The notes beneath the pieces are model-generated. The model searched no databases. It was not told the DNA's origin and saw only the letters and a program-made list of their open reading frames with translations. From a virus (taxonomy: Duplodnaviria; Caudoviricetes), in the IMG/VR virus record IMGVR_UViG_2706796482_000001, positions 69,532-133,531 of that record: a stretch of DNA of 64,000 bases. One strand, given 5' to 3'. The position numbers and the translations under genes are program-made. Of this stretch, positions 45,483-55,360 are shown piece after piece; position 1 is the stretch's first letter; each line of letters begins with the position of its first letter.

Positions 45483-45884
45483 ATGTCCAGGATATCAACA
45501 GCTCTAGTCAAAGTGTTCAAGCATCCTCTGGTGGTAATAGAGGTGATTGTTGCTGTCGGTTTGCTGGTCTCAGGATTGTACGCAGTGGGTCCATGGTATG
45601 TAACCAATGCAACTACGCCTATCGGTCAGGCGATTGATTCTACAATCGTCAGAATGGCCATAGGTGGTTTCTATACCATCAGTGCTGGAGCCTCTTTGTG
45701 GGGAGCATTCAGAAGTGCAGGAGAAGATAGAACAATAGGCTTGTTCCTGATGTTCTTGTCTTATTCATTTATGACCATTCTCAGATGGTTGGCTATTGGA
45801 TTTACACCTCTGACTTGGATATTCAGCCTAACTTTGGCACTCATCGTGGCATTCCTATATTTTAGGATAAGGTTGCTGAGATAA
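45483..45884 (+). CDS. Four-TM membrane protein (possible holin/lysis accessory)
   Basis: Four hydrophobic helices. Confidence 0.65.
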   Translation: MSRISTALVKVFKHPLVVIEVIVAVGLLVSGLYAVGPWYVTNATTPIGQAIDSTIVRMAIGGFYTISAGASLWGAFRSAGEDRTIGLFLMFLSYSFMTILRWLAIGFTPLTWIFSLTLALIVAFLYFRIRLLR

Positions 45885-46195
45885 TGCCCGAGATTACTAC
45901 GGCTTGGATAGCCTTGATTGGTACAGTGCTGGGGGGTGTTGGACTCAAGTTTGTCGAACACTGGCTCAGCCGTAGCAAGGTTCGGGACGACACAGCCGCT
46001 CAGCTCAGAAACGAATTGAGGACCGAAATCCAGGGACTCAAGCAAGAGCTGAACAATGTCGAAACCGACCTAGACAAGTGGCGTGGAAAGTATTACGAAT
46101 TGATGGACAACTTTATCAAAGTCAAGAGTGAACTTGAGACGGCCATGCGGACGCTACAAAGTCAACAAAATAACAACACTCAACCCCCTGGCTGA
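45884..46195 (+). CDS. N-terminal TM plus coiled-coil protein (possible lysis accessory)
   Basis: One TM, then heptads; TAATG overlap. Confidence 0.65.
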   Translation: MPEITTAWIALIGTVLGGVGLKFVEHWLSRSKVRDDTAAQLRNELRTEIQGLKQELNNVETDLDKWRGKYYELMDNFIKVKSELETAMRTLQSQQNNNTQPPG

Positions 46196-46225
46196 TGCCA
46201 GGGGTGTTGTGCTATAGTAAGGAGC

Positions 46226-46423
46226 ATGACGATGGAAGCAGTAATGGAACGTCCTCTCCGTAAGACTGAGGACCGATGTGACAGGTGCAACGCTCAGGCG
46301 TTTGTGATTGCAGAGAAGGGTGACATGGCCCTGCTATTCTGCGGACATCATGGCAAGCAGTACAAGCAGTCCCTTGAACTGCAAGGATGGGGCCTGCTTG
46401 ACTTCACCGACGAGATTGGCTAG
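46226..46423 (+). CDS. Small actinobacterial Zn-finger protein
   Basis: DRCDRC.AQA...LLFCGHH. Confidence 0.68.
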   Translation: MTMEAVMERPLRKTEDRCDRCNAQAFVIAEKGDMALLFCGHHGKQYKQSLELQGWGLLDFTDEIG

Positions 46424-46432
46424 AGTAGAAGC

Positions 46433-46666
46433 ATGGACACAGAGAAGCGGTTCTTCGTAGGAGATGTTGTTCGTATCGTGGCATCTCGAAGTGAACGAAG
46501 TGAGTGGATTGGCTTCCTTGCTATGGTTGAGCCGTGGCCGGAAGAGGAGGAGCAGTTCGTAGATGGATATCTGCACAACTGGCTTCTTCCCATCACCGAG
46601 CGACCTGACGAATTCGGATACAGTCCGTTTATGTGGCAGACGCGAAATCTCGAAAAGGTGAGTTGA
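46433..46666 (+). CDS. Hypothetical protein
   Basis: F.VGDVVRI SH3-like start. Confidence 0.55.
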   Translation: MDTEKRFFVGDVVRIVASRSERSEWIGFLAMVEPWPEEEEQFVDGYLHNWLLPITERPDEFGYSPFMWQTRNLEKVS

Positions 46667-46887
46667 TGTATTATCCTCAAAAACGTCAGCCAGAAACACT
46701 TGCAGAGGCAGTTCTTTATGCCACCTATTGGCATCACGATTCTGGATGGCATCAGTTCATCAATGGTTGGGCCTTCGGTAATGGAATGGCCACTGAAAAG
46801 CTGATAGAATTCAAGAGTCGAGGCCGAGAAGCAATGATTGCTTGGGCTGAGATAGAGACTCGTAAATGATTACGGCCTTCGGGCCAT

Positions 46888-46960
46888 TCCCCTGTACTCT
46901 GCTGGTTGGGTAGCCAGACTTTGAATCTGGTGTGCGTAGGTTCGATTCCTGCCAGGGGAG
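46888..46960 (+). tRNA. tRNA-Gln(TTG)
   Basis: Loop CTTTGAA, U1-A72, G73. Confidence 0.85.
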
Positions 46961-46961
46961 C

Positions 46962-47198
46962 ATGGCAAATGAATATAGTTTCACAGACCATAAGGGCAAT
47001 CGAGTAAATAGGGGTGACCGAGTAAAGGTTTACCGAACGCCCAAGGGTCAGGAAGAGTGGGTTGGTGCTACTGGTGAAGTCTCCAGCATTAAGCTTCCTT
47101 ATCAAGAGCTGGTTCAGCTCTTTAATCTGGAAGACGTGCCACAGGACTACACTGACAGATTCGTCTACCATCCTGCTGAGTATCTGGAGAAAATCTGA
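46962..47198 (+). CDS. Hypothetical protein
   Basis: GGAG RBS. Confidence 0.55.
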   Translation: MANEYSFTDHKGNRVNRGDRVKVYRTPKGQEEWVGATGEVSSIKLPYQELVQLFNLEDVPQDYTDRFVYHPAEYLEKI

Positions 47199-47410
47199 TG
47201 TTGACTTTTCTTGGGGCAATTTACCTCGTTGGTGCCGGAATCTGTGTAGGAATTTCTATCGGATTCGGTATCTTCGTGACCTTCATCACTCTTGGCTCTA
47301 AGGCCGGAATGGAGTTGGCAGGTAAGATTGTCCTTCATGGGACCATAACGGCTGTTTTGTGGCCGATTATGGCACCTTATCGGATGATGCAGGGTAAGTT
47401 TGGACGCTGA
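47198..47410 (+). CDS. Small membrane protein
   Basis: Two hydrophobic segments. Confidence 0.6.
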   Translation: MLTFLGAIYLVGAGICVGISIGFGIFVTFITLGSKAGMELAGKIVLHGTITAVLWPIMAPYRMMQGKFGR

Positions 47411-47452
47411 GGCCAGGACTAGTTCCTGGCTTTTTGCCATGTAAGGAGAGAT

Positions 47453-48055
47453 ATGAAGTTCGATGAATTGAATAATAGTATTCCATACGTAATTGGTGGG
47501 AAGAAACATATTCTTTCTACTAGTCCATATGATGGCGTGACTTTGCGAATGCCAGGCAGGCATGAGAACGACACTGAAAAGCCTGGTGGAGATTTTGTAG
47601 TCGAAATCACCGATGACACTACAAGCTGGGAGTCTAAGCAGTTCACTCACCAGCATATCTTCGATGACTTTCAGGACAAGGCAGACCTAGACCCTGAGAG
47701 TGCCAAGAAGCTCATGGGGCTTTACGCTAAGGTTGTGCTGGATACAGAGGACCCTGACAATTACTACCAATACACAGGCGTAGCTGTAGAGGCTTGGCAA
47801 GGAACAGTTACAATCTCTACTCTCATTGCTGCGTTGCAGTGTCTTGCGGTTGCAGAGCACAGGCGCTATGCTAGGTACGAAGCCAAGATGGGTGGACGTT
47901 TCCTCCCTGCTCGCTTCGCTGCTGGCATCGTCTATGGACTTTGGACCGCTGATGATGCTAAACTGGTAGTACGTAAGGGGAGGCCCGGTGTTGAGATGCT
48001 AGAGCGTCTTCATGGTAAGCCTCCCACACTACAAGAACTAGCCGACATCGAATAG
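47453..48055 (+). CDS. Hypothetical protein
   Basis: AAGGAG RBS, 200 aa. Confidence 0.75.
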   Translation: MKFDELNNSIPYVIGGKKHILSTSPYDGVTLRMPGRHENDTEKPGGDFVVEITDDTTSWESKQFTHQHIFDDFQDKADLDPESAKKLMGLYAKVVLDTEDPDNYYQYTGVAVEAWQGTVTISTLIAALQCLAVAEHRRYARYEAKMGGRFLPARFAAGIVYGLWTADDAKLVVRKGRPGVEMLERLHGKPPTLQELADIE

Positions 48056-48252
48056 GAGGAACGGTGGCAGAGCCTAAAAGGCCAAGGATTGACTTCACTG
48101 CACAAGAGCGTCGAACAGAGATTAATCTCTTGAACGACCTCAAGGATGCTAAGAAGTTCAAAGACGTATACCCAACGCGTCTTGCTGAGGCTGAGCAGAA
48201 TCTTGCTGAGCTTTACGCTCTTGTTGAGCAAAGGTATCGCGCCGAAAAGTAA

Positions 48253-48495
48253 ATGGAAGAAAGAGAGTCTTTTGTACTGACGACTGATTCTGCAATCATT
48301 GATTCCGTTGAGGAAGCTGTGAGAAACATCAACATCTCAGTCTCACTTCTATCAGCGATTCTTCAAGAGGCTTTGGCTAAGGCAAAGGTTCCTGTTGACG
48401 ATGACACGATAGATGCTTTTGGAATCATTGAGCAGAGCACAGCGTCAGTGAATATGTATCTTGAGAGGCTAGGTCTGTGGACTACGAAGAACTAG
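48253..48495 (+). CDS. Hypothetical protein
   Basis: ORF in + gene run. Confidence 0.55.
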   Translation: MEERESFVLTTDSAIIDSVEEAVRNINISVSLLSAILQEALAKAKVPVDDDTIDAFGIIEQSTASVNMYLERLGLWTTKN

Positions 48496-48752
48496 CCAAG
48501 AGATTTAAGCCAGTCTTTGATGAGAATCAATACAAGTGGAACATGGACGGTTTCTTGACAGTGCCGTCTGAACAGGATATCCTAGACACGTTGAAGCAGA
48601 TGGCTAAGCATCTTGAAAGCACACCTGATGGTACGTGGATGGAACTTGGCCACCTGATTCTCATTAAGAATGGCCGCTTCACTGATGTTTATCTGCATCA
48701 TGGGGCAGTAGAGAGGCAAGATGAACAACCCAATACGGAGCCTGTACTTTAG
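48477..48752 (+). CDS. Hypothetical protein
   Basis: ORF in + gene run. Confidence 0.6.
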   Translation: MDYEELAKRFKPVFDENQYKWNMDGFLTVPSEQDILDTLKQMAKHLESTPDGTWMELGHLILIKNGRFTDVYLHHGAVERQDEQPNTEPVL

Positions 48753-48779
48753 GCTCCGTAAAACAATTTTCAATCACAT

Positions 48780-49208
48780 GTGAGGAAACCAATGCAGTTC
48801 GTTTACAGCAATTCCATTGCAACCAACTCCAGCGCTCTCCAGGGTGTTTACTGGAACAAGGGTGCTGAGGAACTGGTCGTTCAGTTCTGGGGAGGCAGCG
48901 TCATTAAGTACGCTGGCTTCAACGCAGACGACTACCGAGCCTTTGCCAGTGCTCTGAGCAAGGGTCGTTTCTATTCTCAGTACGTGAAGGGCAACTACCA
49001 CGGTGAGAAGATGGACGACGAGACTCAGTTCGTGCATGAACAGGATGTAGTTACTCCATTCTCTCAGGTACAGGAGCTTGAGGCTGAGGTTGGTCCTTCT
49101 GTTCAGGTGACCGTAAACATCTACGTGAATGGTGACCCTGACTCAATTGCCAAGGCGGTTGAGCGTCTTGCCCCCAGCATTCGTGCAGTACAGAATTGGA
49201 GGGGATGA
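48780..49208 (+). CDS. KTSC-domain protein
   Basis: SSALQGVYW....LVVQF..G..IKY.......Y.AF.SA.SKGRFY..YVK. Confidence 0.72.
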   Translation: MRKPMQFVYSNSIATNSSALQGVYWNKGAEELVVQFWGGSVIKYAGFNADDYRAFASALSKGRFYSQYVKGNYHGEKMDDETQFVHEQDVVTPFSQVQELEAEVGPSVQVTVNIYVNGDPDSIAKAVERLAPSIRAVQNWRG

Positions 49209-49513
49209 TAATCCTAGTAAAGGTAGATGAACTCAAGGATTTTGAGTCATACACCAATCGCAAGGCAGTCGTTGTTTTCTCTGCGCCCGAATGGTGCGTG
49301 CCATGTCAGAGACTACAGCCACACATTGAGAAGCTGGCTGAGAAGCTAGACTATCCTGTTGTGTATGTAGACATTGACAAGGCAGAGGAAATTAAGAACG
49401 AGCACCAGGTCATGTCTGTTCCACAGGTTTACGAATTTGTGGATGGTAAGCCTGTTCGCGCTCTCAATGGACGTACTGTCCTTGCCCTTGAACGGGAACT
49501 AGCCGCTGAGTAA
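49196..49513 (+). CDS. Thioredoxin-like protein
   Basis: WCVPC, VDID, VMSVP. Confidence 0.88.
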   Translation: MEGMIILVKVDELKDFESYTNRKAVVVFSAPEWCVPCQRLQPHIEKLAEKLDYPVVYVDIDKAEEIKNEHQVMSVPQVYEFVDGKPVRALNGRTVLALERELAAE

Positions 49514-49894
49514 TCAGCGGCTTTTGCCGTATCGGTTGACTTTAGTAAGTGATGGGCGTAACATTGCACCATGGAAACAGTGCTGATGTACGTTATAGGA
49601 TTGCTGCTTGGTCTGATAGGCATTGGCTTGGCTGAGCTGTCCTACGTTTTCATCAAGCGCTACGATATCCCTGGCTTTTATTGGCCAGATGCCGAAGAGG
49701 ATGAGGAACGTGACGTGTGAACAATGTGGTTCGACGTGCGATGACAGCGTAAGCTACGATACTCTGATAAGACGAGTATTCTTCTGCTGCCTATCACACA
49801 GGGCAGCCTGGTTCTTTGGATGGCTGTGAAATGTGGTTTATCATAGGAGGGCTCGTATGGGCCCTTCTCATTCTTTTTATTTGTCGATGGTTCT

Positions 49895-50398
49895 ATGTCA
49901 TCAATGGAAGGCGAGAAGGTGACTCTAGTACAACCAATCGTGAAGTTTGATGGTCAGTATCGATGGCTGTCTAACTTCTATGAGATTCCCGTCAAGGTCG
50001 GCAACCTGACGTTTGCGAATAACGAGGCGGCATTCCAGGGTGCCAAGTACAAAGCTGCAAAGTGTGACCAGGCAGAGCAGTACAGGTACCTTGAAAAGAT
50101 GGTTCAGGCTGACGCACAGACAGCCAAGAACATGGGAAGGCGCATCCCTCTAGACCTTGACAAGTGGGAGTCCATCAAGGTAACGTGTATGAGAGAGGTG
50201 GTCAAGGCGAAGTTTGACCAGCACGATGACCTCAGAGTTAAGCTTATTGAAACTGGTGCAGCCCTGCTTGTTGAGGGCAATCATTGGGGAGATAAGTTTT
50301 GGGGCCGGTGTGAGGGTAAGGGCTTGAATGTCCTTGGCTCTATTCTCATGGAACTAAGAGGCTACTACTTCTGGAAGGAGTACCAGAGTATCTGGTGA
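49895..50398 (+). CDS. NADAR/YbiA-family protein
   Basis: LSNFY, EAAFQGAK, AKFDQH, LVEGNHWGDKFWG, GLNVLG.ILMELR. Confidence 0.88.
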   Translation: MSSMEGEKVTLVQPIVKFDGQYRWLSNFYEIPVKVGNLTFANNEAAFQGAKYKAAKCDQAEQYRYLEKMVQADAQTAKNMGRRIPLDLDKWESIKVTCMREVVKAKFDQHDDLRVKLIETGAALLVEGNHWGDKFWGRCEGKGLNVLGSILMELRGYYFWKEYQSIW

Positions 50399-50582
50399 AT
50401 CTATGAACGACTACACACTCATAGTTCATACCAACGCTGAACTAACCAAGTGGGACGAATACGCGCACGTCGATGTTCATGGAGTTAAGGATGGTTGTCT
50501 GTACATCCACTTTGTGAATAAGAGCCAGCCCGTCATGATTCCCTTGCACGCATTCTATCAAGCTTCTGTATTGGAGAAGTGA

Positions 50583-51083
50583 ATGTCTGTACTAAGTGAT
50601 ATCCGCAGGATGCGAGACTTGCCTGATGCTGAGGTGTCTGGTAGGTTCGCCAGTCTTGTTGACGGATATGTGCGAGACCTGAACAATCCCAAGAACAACA
50701 AGGGTAATCCTGGTAGTGGTTCTGTGCCATCCAGGCGGGTCGGTAAGATTCGCAGAAAGAAGGGACAGCTCATTCCCTCACAGATTCTTTTCGCAATGCG
50801 AGAGAGTCTGTGGAAGGTCGGCTGGACCCAAGGCGTTCTGCGTGATGCAGAAGGACGCATGTGCCTTCGTGGTGCAATGGTGTATATCAATCTTAAGGGA
50901 TATGCACACAACGATGACTTGCAGATTGCAGCTCAATATCTGCATGACGAGGTTCGTCGCAAGAATGGAGATGCGCAGAAGTACAACTTCATTTACTGGA
51001 ACAATGACCCCAAGAGGACACTTGGAGATATCCTCAAGATTCTAGAGGACTGTGGTAACCGTGCCCGACTCGCAGGAGAATGA
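50583..51083 (+). CDS. Hypothetical protein (DUF6197-like C-terminus)
   Basis: GWTQG...GRMCL.GA...WNNDP.RT..DIL. Confidence 0.6.
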   Translation: MSVLSDIRRMRDLPDAEVSGRFASLVDGYVRDLNNPKNNKGNPGSGSVPSRRVGKIRRKKGQLIPSQILFAMRESLWKVGWTQGVLRDAEGRMCLRGAMVYINLKGYAHNDDLQIAAQYLHDEVRRKNGDAQKYNFIYWNNDPKRTLGDILKILEDCGNRARLAGE

Positions 51084-51528
51084 GTGGCAGGAACTAGGCT
51101 TCGTTAACCACATTGAGTTCCATAGAAGCGAAGAAGACTGGGCAGAGATTGTTGCTCAGTTTGAGCGAGCTATGGAGTCATACAGGAGAATTGGGCCGGT
51201 GGTAGTAGAGGCTTCACGTGCCTTTGAAGCTATTACCAGACCAATCAGTGAAGCCAGTGCCGAGCAAGAGCAGCTAATCAGAGAGACAGAATCAATGGCA
51301 ATTGACATCAGGCATGGGGAATACCCACGCTGGGACAGTTATGGAACCTACTGGTATGACCCTTCTGGACTTCATTCTGATGACCCTCACGTATGCTTCA
51401 TCTGTCAGCGACCAACTAGCCGCATCGACATTGATTTTCATGGAGCGTTTTGCAATTCTGAGGAATGCAACGAAGTCATCAGACTAGACCTTGAACGTGC
51501 TAATGGAGGACCAGAGGTACGCGATTGA
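51052..51528 (+). CDS. Hypothetical protein
   Basis: C-terminal CxxC...CxxxxC. Confidence 0.55.
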   Translation: MVTVPDSQENEWQELGFVNHIEFHRSEEDWAEIVAQFERAMESYRRIGPVVVEASRAFEAITRPISEASAEQEQLIRETESMAIDIRHGEYPRWDSYGTYWYDPSGLHSDDPHVCFICQRPTSRIDIDFHGAFCNSEECNEVIRLDLERANGGPEVRD

Positions 51529-51563
51529 CAATCTCGTAATGTATGCCTTAGCATAAGAGCATT

Positions 51564-51800
51564 ATGAGATATACAATTGTGAAAGAGTCCCTTAAAAGGG
51601 GCCGGAATGTGGAGGGCTACAACTGGGCTGTTACTGATACAAAGGTCGGCAAGGTTGTAGTCCGATACGGTAATGAATTCAAAGCTGAGTTCATCAGAGA
51701 TACCTTCAATGAAGCAAACGTGAGCAGCAGATTCGAATTTGAAGCGACTGGCAACGAGACCTTTGAAGACCTCGATGAGTCAGCATTCAAAGGGGAATGA
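51564..51800 (+). CDS. Hypothetical protein
   Basis: Follows TTGACA promoter. Confidence 0.55.
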   Translation: MRYTIVKESLKRGRNVEGYNWAVTDTKVGKVVVRYGNEFKAEFIRDTFNEANVSSRFEFEATGNETFEDLDESAFKGE

Positions 51801-52469
51801 ATGCTAGAGAGATGGGCATGGTGGATTCTCACAAGGCAGATGGAGAAGCATCGTAAAGCCAAGAGACACCACTGTGCAGACCACATCAGAGCAGCGCTAG
51901 CCACAAGGTCACAGAAGCAATGTGCATTGTGCTGCATACTTGAGAATACAGATTGGCTAGCATGGGCAACGAGGTTTGACCCAACGTCCGACATGGACAA
52001 GGACAGTGAACTATATGCAGGTATTGTTGAAAATGAATCCCGGTTTGGAGATGTGGTTCGGAGAACAGGTCTGGATTGACGAAGACTGGGATGACGAAGA
52101 GGACTGGCCAGAAGACGGCTGGTCCTTTTTCGTTTTTGTGGAGGCTGATTTGGTACATCGAATTTTTAGTCAATGAATTTTTAGTCAGTTTTTTAGTCGG
52201 CAGAGCCGACTGCCAGCGCAGCGAAAAAGGCCCGGTGGTTGAAGGCCCTCTAATCCCTATATACATTACCCTCTAATACAACCCATCATATACCCAACTA
52301 CTATATACGCAAAGACGTATGCAGCATAGAGCAGCATGGCAGAGCGATTGTCCCGAATGATGTAAGGGCATGAAGAAACTGATGACACCCTCTTGAATAA
52401 CGAATCTGATGACTAGTGTGGATGGAGGCATGTGTAAGGGTCTATGAATTTGTCAACCTAAGATGACAC

Positions 52470-52513
52470 TTATCCACATGTTGATGTTGTCTGTGGATAA
52501 CTATTGTGTATAA
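52470..52513. promoter_or_regulatory. Cluster of three DnaA boxes
   Basis: TTATCCACA 52470-52478; TGTGGATAA 52492-52500; TGTGTATAA 52505-52513. Confidence 0.7.
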
Positions 52514-53458
52514 AGATATTTAGGTTGTGCGCAATACATTGGTTCAACTGTAGTGTGTAATGGGCCAGTATGTTTCGAAGCGGAACAAACTATCTGACCA
52601 GCACATTCATAGCCCTAACAAGCATTCTGCCCCCGAATCCAAGGCAAATAAGGCTGTCAGGCATCGATAATTACGCCCCAAAACGTGCCAAAAATGAGCC
52701 AAAACACGCTGAAATCAAGGGAAATGCTGCCATTTTGCCCATAATCCTGCCATTTTCCCGCAATTTTAACAGTCATTCGTAAAAGCACGGCCTTCGGTCG
52801 TAAAGCAGCCCCAATCTAGCCCACATTCAGCCCCTGAATCAGCCCAGATGTCCAGAAAATCAGGCATTCATCGTAAATGAGCCCACCATAGCATGTCTAA
52901 TCGAGCAGTCATGCCTTAGAATGCTAGCCAGAGTGTCGATTCTCCCTATATACACAAGCAATAAATGATATTGAAATGCCCGGTAGTTTCAAGAGAGGTT
53001 CGTAAAGACACTAGATAGATGACACAGCATTATAGGTGTATGTATATAGGGGAGAAGGAGACCCATCACTACCGGCCTTGAATCTCTCATAGTCTTATTG
53101 GCCATGTATATAGCAGCAGACAACACAAAAGCCACCCCGAAGGGTGGCTATTTTTACAACCAAAAATGTTTCCAGAATCCGGGAGTTTTCGCGCCCTTCG
53201 TAAAGGGGAATCTCTGGGAAATTTTGGACGCTATCGTAAAGGGGATTTATTCGGACATGACGGACAAATCGTTGCCGATATTGGTAGTCATCATGTTAGT
53301 TAGGCTAAGTAAGGTGTCCGGGCCGGACATTGAAAGGTCCCTGGGGAGAGGCCGACCTTCCTCTAATTAAGCCCTTGCCAGAATGACTGATAGGGCCCCC
53401 AGGGACACACTTTATACTTCTATGTTAGCAAGGGTCTAACACCTTGTCAACATCACTT

Positions 53459-53641
53459 TCAGTAAGCACTGAACGGAATGACCACCTGCGTCCCATCCTC
53501 GTTCCTCAGAGTTGAGTCATACGCACAGACAGGAGTCTCGACATCATCGACGTTGAAGAATCCGATAGCCTTGCGAGCGAAACAAATCTCGCAGGTCTCG
53601 TCTTCATCCTTCTCAAGGTACCTTACCAGTGCTCCATCCAT
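53459..53641 (-). CDS. Small hypothetical protein
   Basis: Own promoter (TAGACT). Confidence 0.55.
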   Translation of the reverse strand: MDGALVRYLEKDEDETCEICFARKAIGFFNVDDVETPVCAYDSTLRNEDGTQVVIPFSAY

Positions 53642-53720
53642 ATATAGAGTCTAGCAGTACAAGGAGGAGCTGTCTAGCCACCGGGCCGATTGTCCGGGTC
53701 GGACCCCGAAGGGCCGAGCG

Positions 53721-54029
53721 TCAGAAATCAGATTCACCCATCAGGCTGTAGAACTCCTCCCCCATTTCGGCAATGGCCTCAGCCATCCAAAGAGTCCGCT
53801 CCTTCCGACGAATCTCACGACGGACCAGAGGCCCCTTTTCACCCTCATCGTCCCACTTGGTTACGATGTGGCTGTGAGCACTGACACCAGAGTTTTTGGT
53901 TTTGTTGTACCCACAGCCACTCTTGGAGCGCCCGGTACCAGGAACAGGAATCCCCTTTTCCTTCAAAGCAAGCTCACGAGCAATGACCTGGGAGACACAG
54001 CCGTTGAAGGTGTCAGCAGGAATCAGCAT
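53721..54029 (-). CDS. Hypothetical protein
   Basis: GAGG RBS, own promoter. Confidence 0.65.
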   Translation of the reverse strand: MLIPADTFNGCVSQVIARELALKEKGIPVPGTGRSKSGCGYNKTKNSGVSAHSHIVTKWDDEGEKGPLVRREIRRKERTLWMAEAIAEMGEEFYSLMGESDF

Positions 54030-54163
54030 GGATACCTCTTTCGTTCGTTGTAGATATAGCCTAGCAGACTGCAAGGGCTCTGTCTAGCCACTGGCCGATT
54101 GTCCGCCCCCGCCAGAAATCCCCCAAACCCTTCCGGGCCTAGGGGACTCTGACGTTTCCTGGA

Positions 54164-55177
54164 TTAGCTGGCCAGGGCCAGAACCGCCTTACGGATGCGG
54201 TTCTTCTCAGCGTTGACCACCGGGTCGAAACCGCTGGCAGCGATGAACAGGTTGTCCACGTTGCCACCACGCGGCATCCGGTACCAGTCGATACGCTCGG
54301 TCAGCGCGTTGAGCGCACCCGCAGCCGTACCGGCCAGAGACTGAGTGGTCTTGGGACCGTCGCCCGTGTCGGTGAAGATGCCCATCAGGATGTCACGCTT
54401 TGACTCCCACTTGACCATGGACCCCTTGACATCCTTCTCGGGCTTGGGGTACAGGTCCTGAATCAGGGTGTCGAACTTGTCCTTCGTGACGGACACCTCG
54501 AACAGAGAGTTCATCTCACGCTCGAACTCATCCGCGTAGGCGAAGGTGATGTTCAGCGCCTCACGGGCAGCAGCCATGCGACCCTCGATGGTCTGCGTGT
54601 GGCGCATCTTGAACTGTTGCTTCACACCGTTACGGAGTGCGAAGTTCAGCGTGTTCTGACACACGACACGAACCGGGGTGATGCTTGCCTGTACTGCGAC
54701 AGACCCGTCATGCGACGTGTTGACCAGAAGGTACAGGTTGGTCACGTCGTCGTCACCGACCTTGATTTCCCGTCCGATGGACAGGGAACCGAAGACGACA
54801 CGACCGTCACGGATGGAACCAGCGGTCTCCCACGTGCCACCACCCGCGAGGATGCCGTCACCGAAGCCGAACAGCTCCTCATTCTGGACGACCTTGTACC
54901 GCTCGCCCACGGTGGCCAGAACGTCATTCCGGCCGGTGAAGGGGTTGGTACGAACGACCATGTGAGGCTCAGTCACGAAGTCGTAGTTGTCCGAAATCAT
55001 CCCGAGGACATCCTTGACCGACTCCAGACGCACATCCCAGCCCGAAAGGTGGGCCAGGTTCAGCATCTCGGAAGTGGTCAGCTCTCCCTCGAACACGGTT
55101 CCGAGGTTGTGCCACGCGGGCTCGCTGCGAGTGGCGAACGCGACCTGACCCTTGGAACCAATCTCAAGACCGTGCAT
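54164..55177 (-). CDS. DUF932-family protein
   Basis: PAWHNLG, Y.VVQNEE.F, WETAGS, NTSHDGS, TPVRVVCQNTL, RHT. Confidence 0.88.
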   Translation of the reverse strand: MHGLEIGSKGQVAFATRSEPAWHNLGTVFEGELTTSEMLNLAHLSGWDVRLESVKDVLGMISDNYDFVTEPHMVVRTNPFTGRNDVLATVGERYKVVQNEELFGFGDGILAGGGTWETAGSIRDGRVVFGSLSIGREIKVGDDDVTNLYLLVNTSHDGSVAVQASITPVRVVCQNTLNFALRNGVKQQFKMRHTQTIEGRMAAAREALNITFAYADEFEREMNSLFEVSVTKDKFDTLIQDLYPKPEKDVKGSMVKWESKRDILMGIFTDTGDGPKTTQSLAGTAAGALNALTERIDWYRMPRGGNVDNLFIAASGFDPVVNAEKNRIRKAVLALAS

Positions 55178-55360
55178 TTTTGCCTCCATAGGCAGAGTTG
55201 GTTTAGGGCCGGTTTCCCTGCCCTTCGATGTCTCTAGTCTACAGGAAGACAAGGGGTGGTGTCTACCCATGCTGCGTGTCTATAATGTCCGTTTTGTTCC
55301 GGCCGCCCCGGACACACGAAAGCCCCTCCGAAGAGGGGCAGTGTGCGAGTCTTGTTAGAC

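Noticed and set aside
52570-53370. ORFs 52570-52782 and 53098-53370
   Set aside because: No RBS, atypical composition, within a repeat-rich intergenic region
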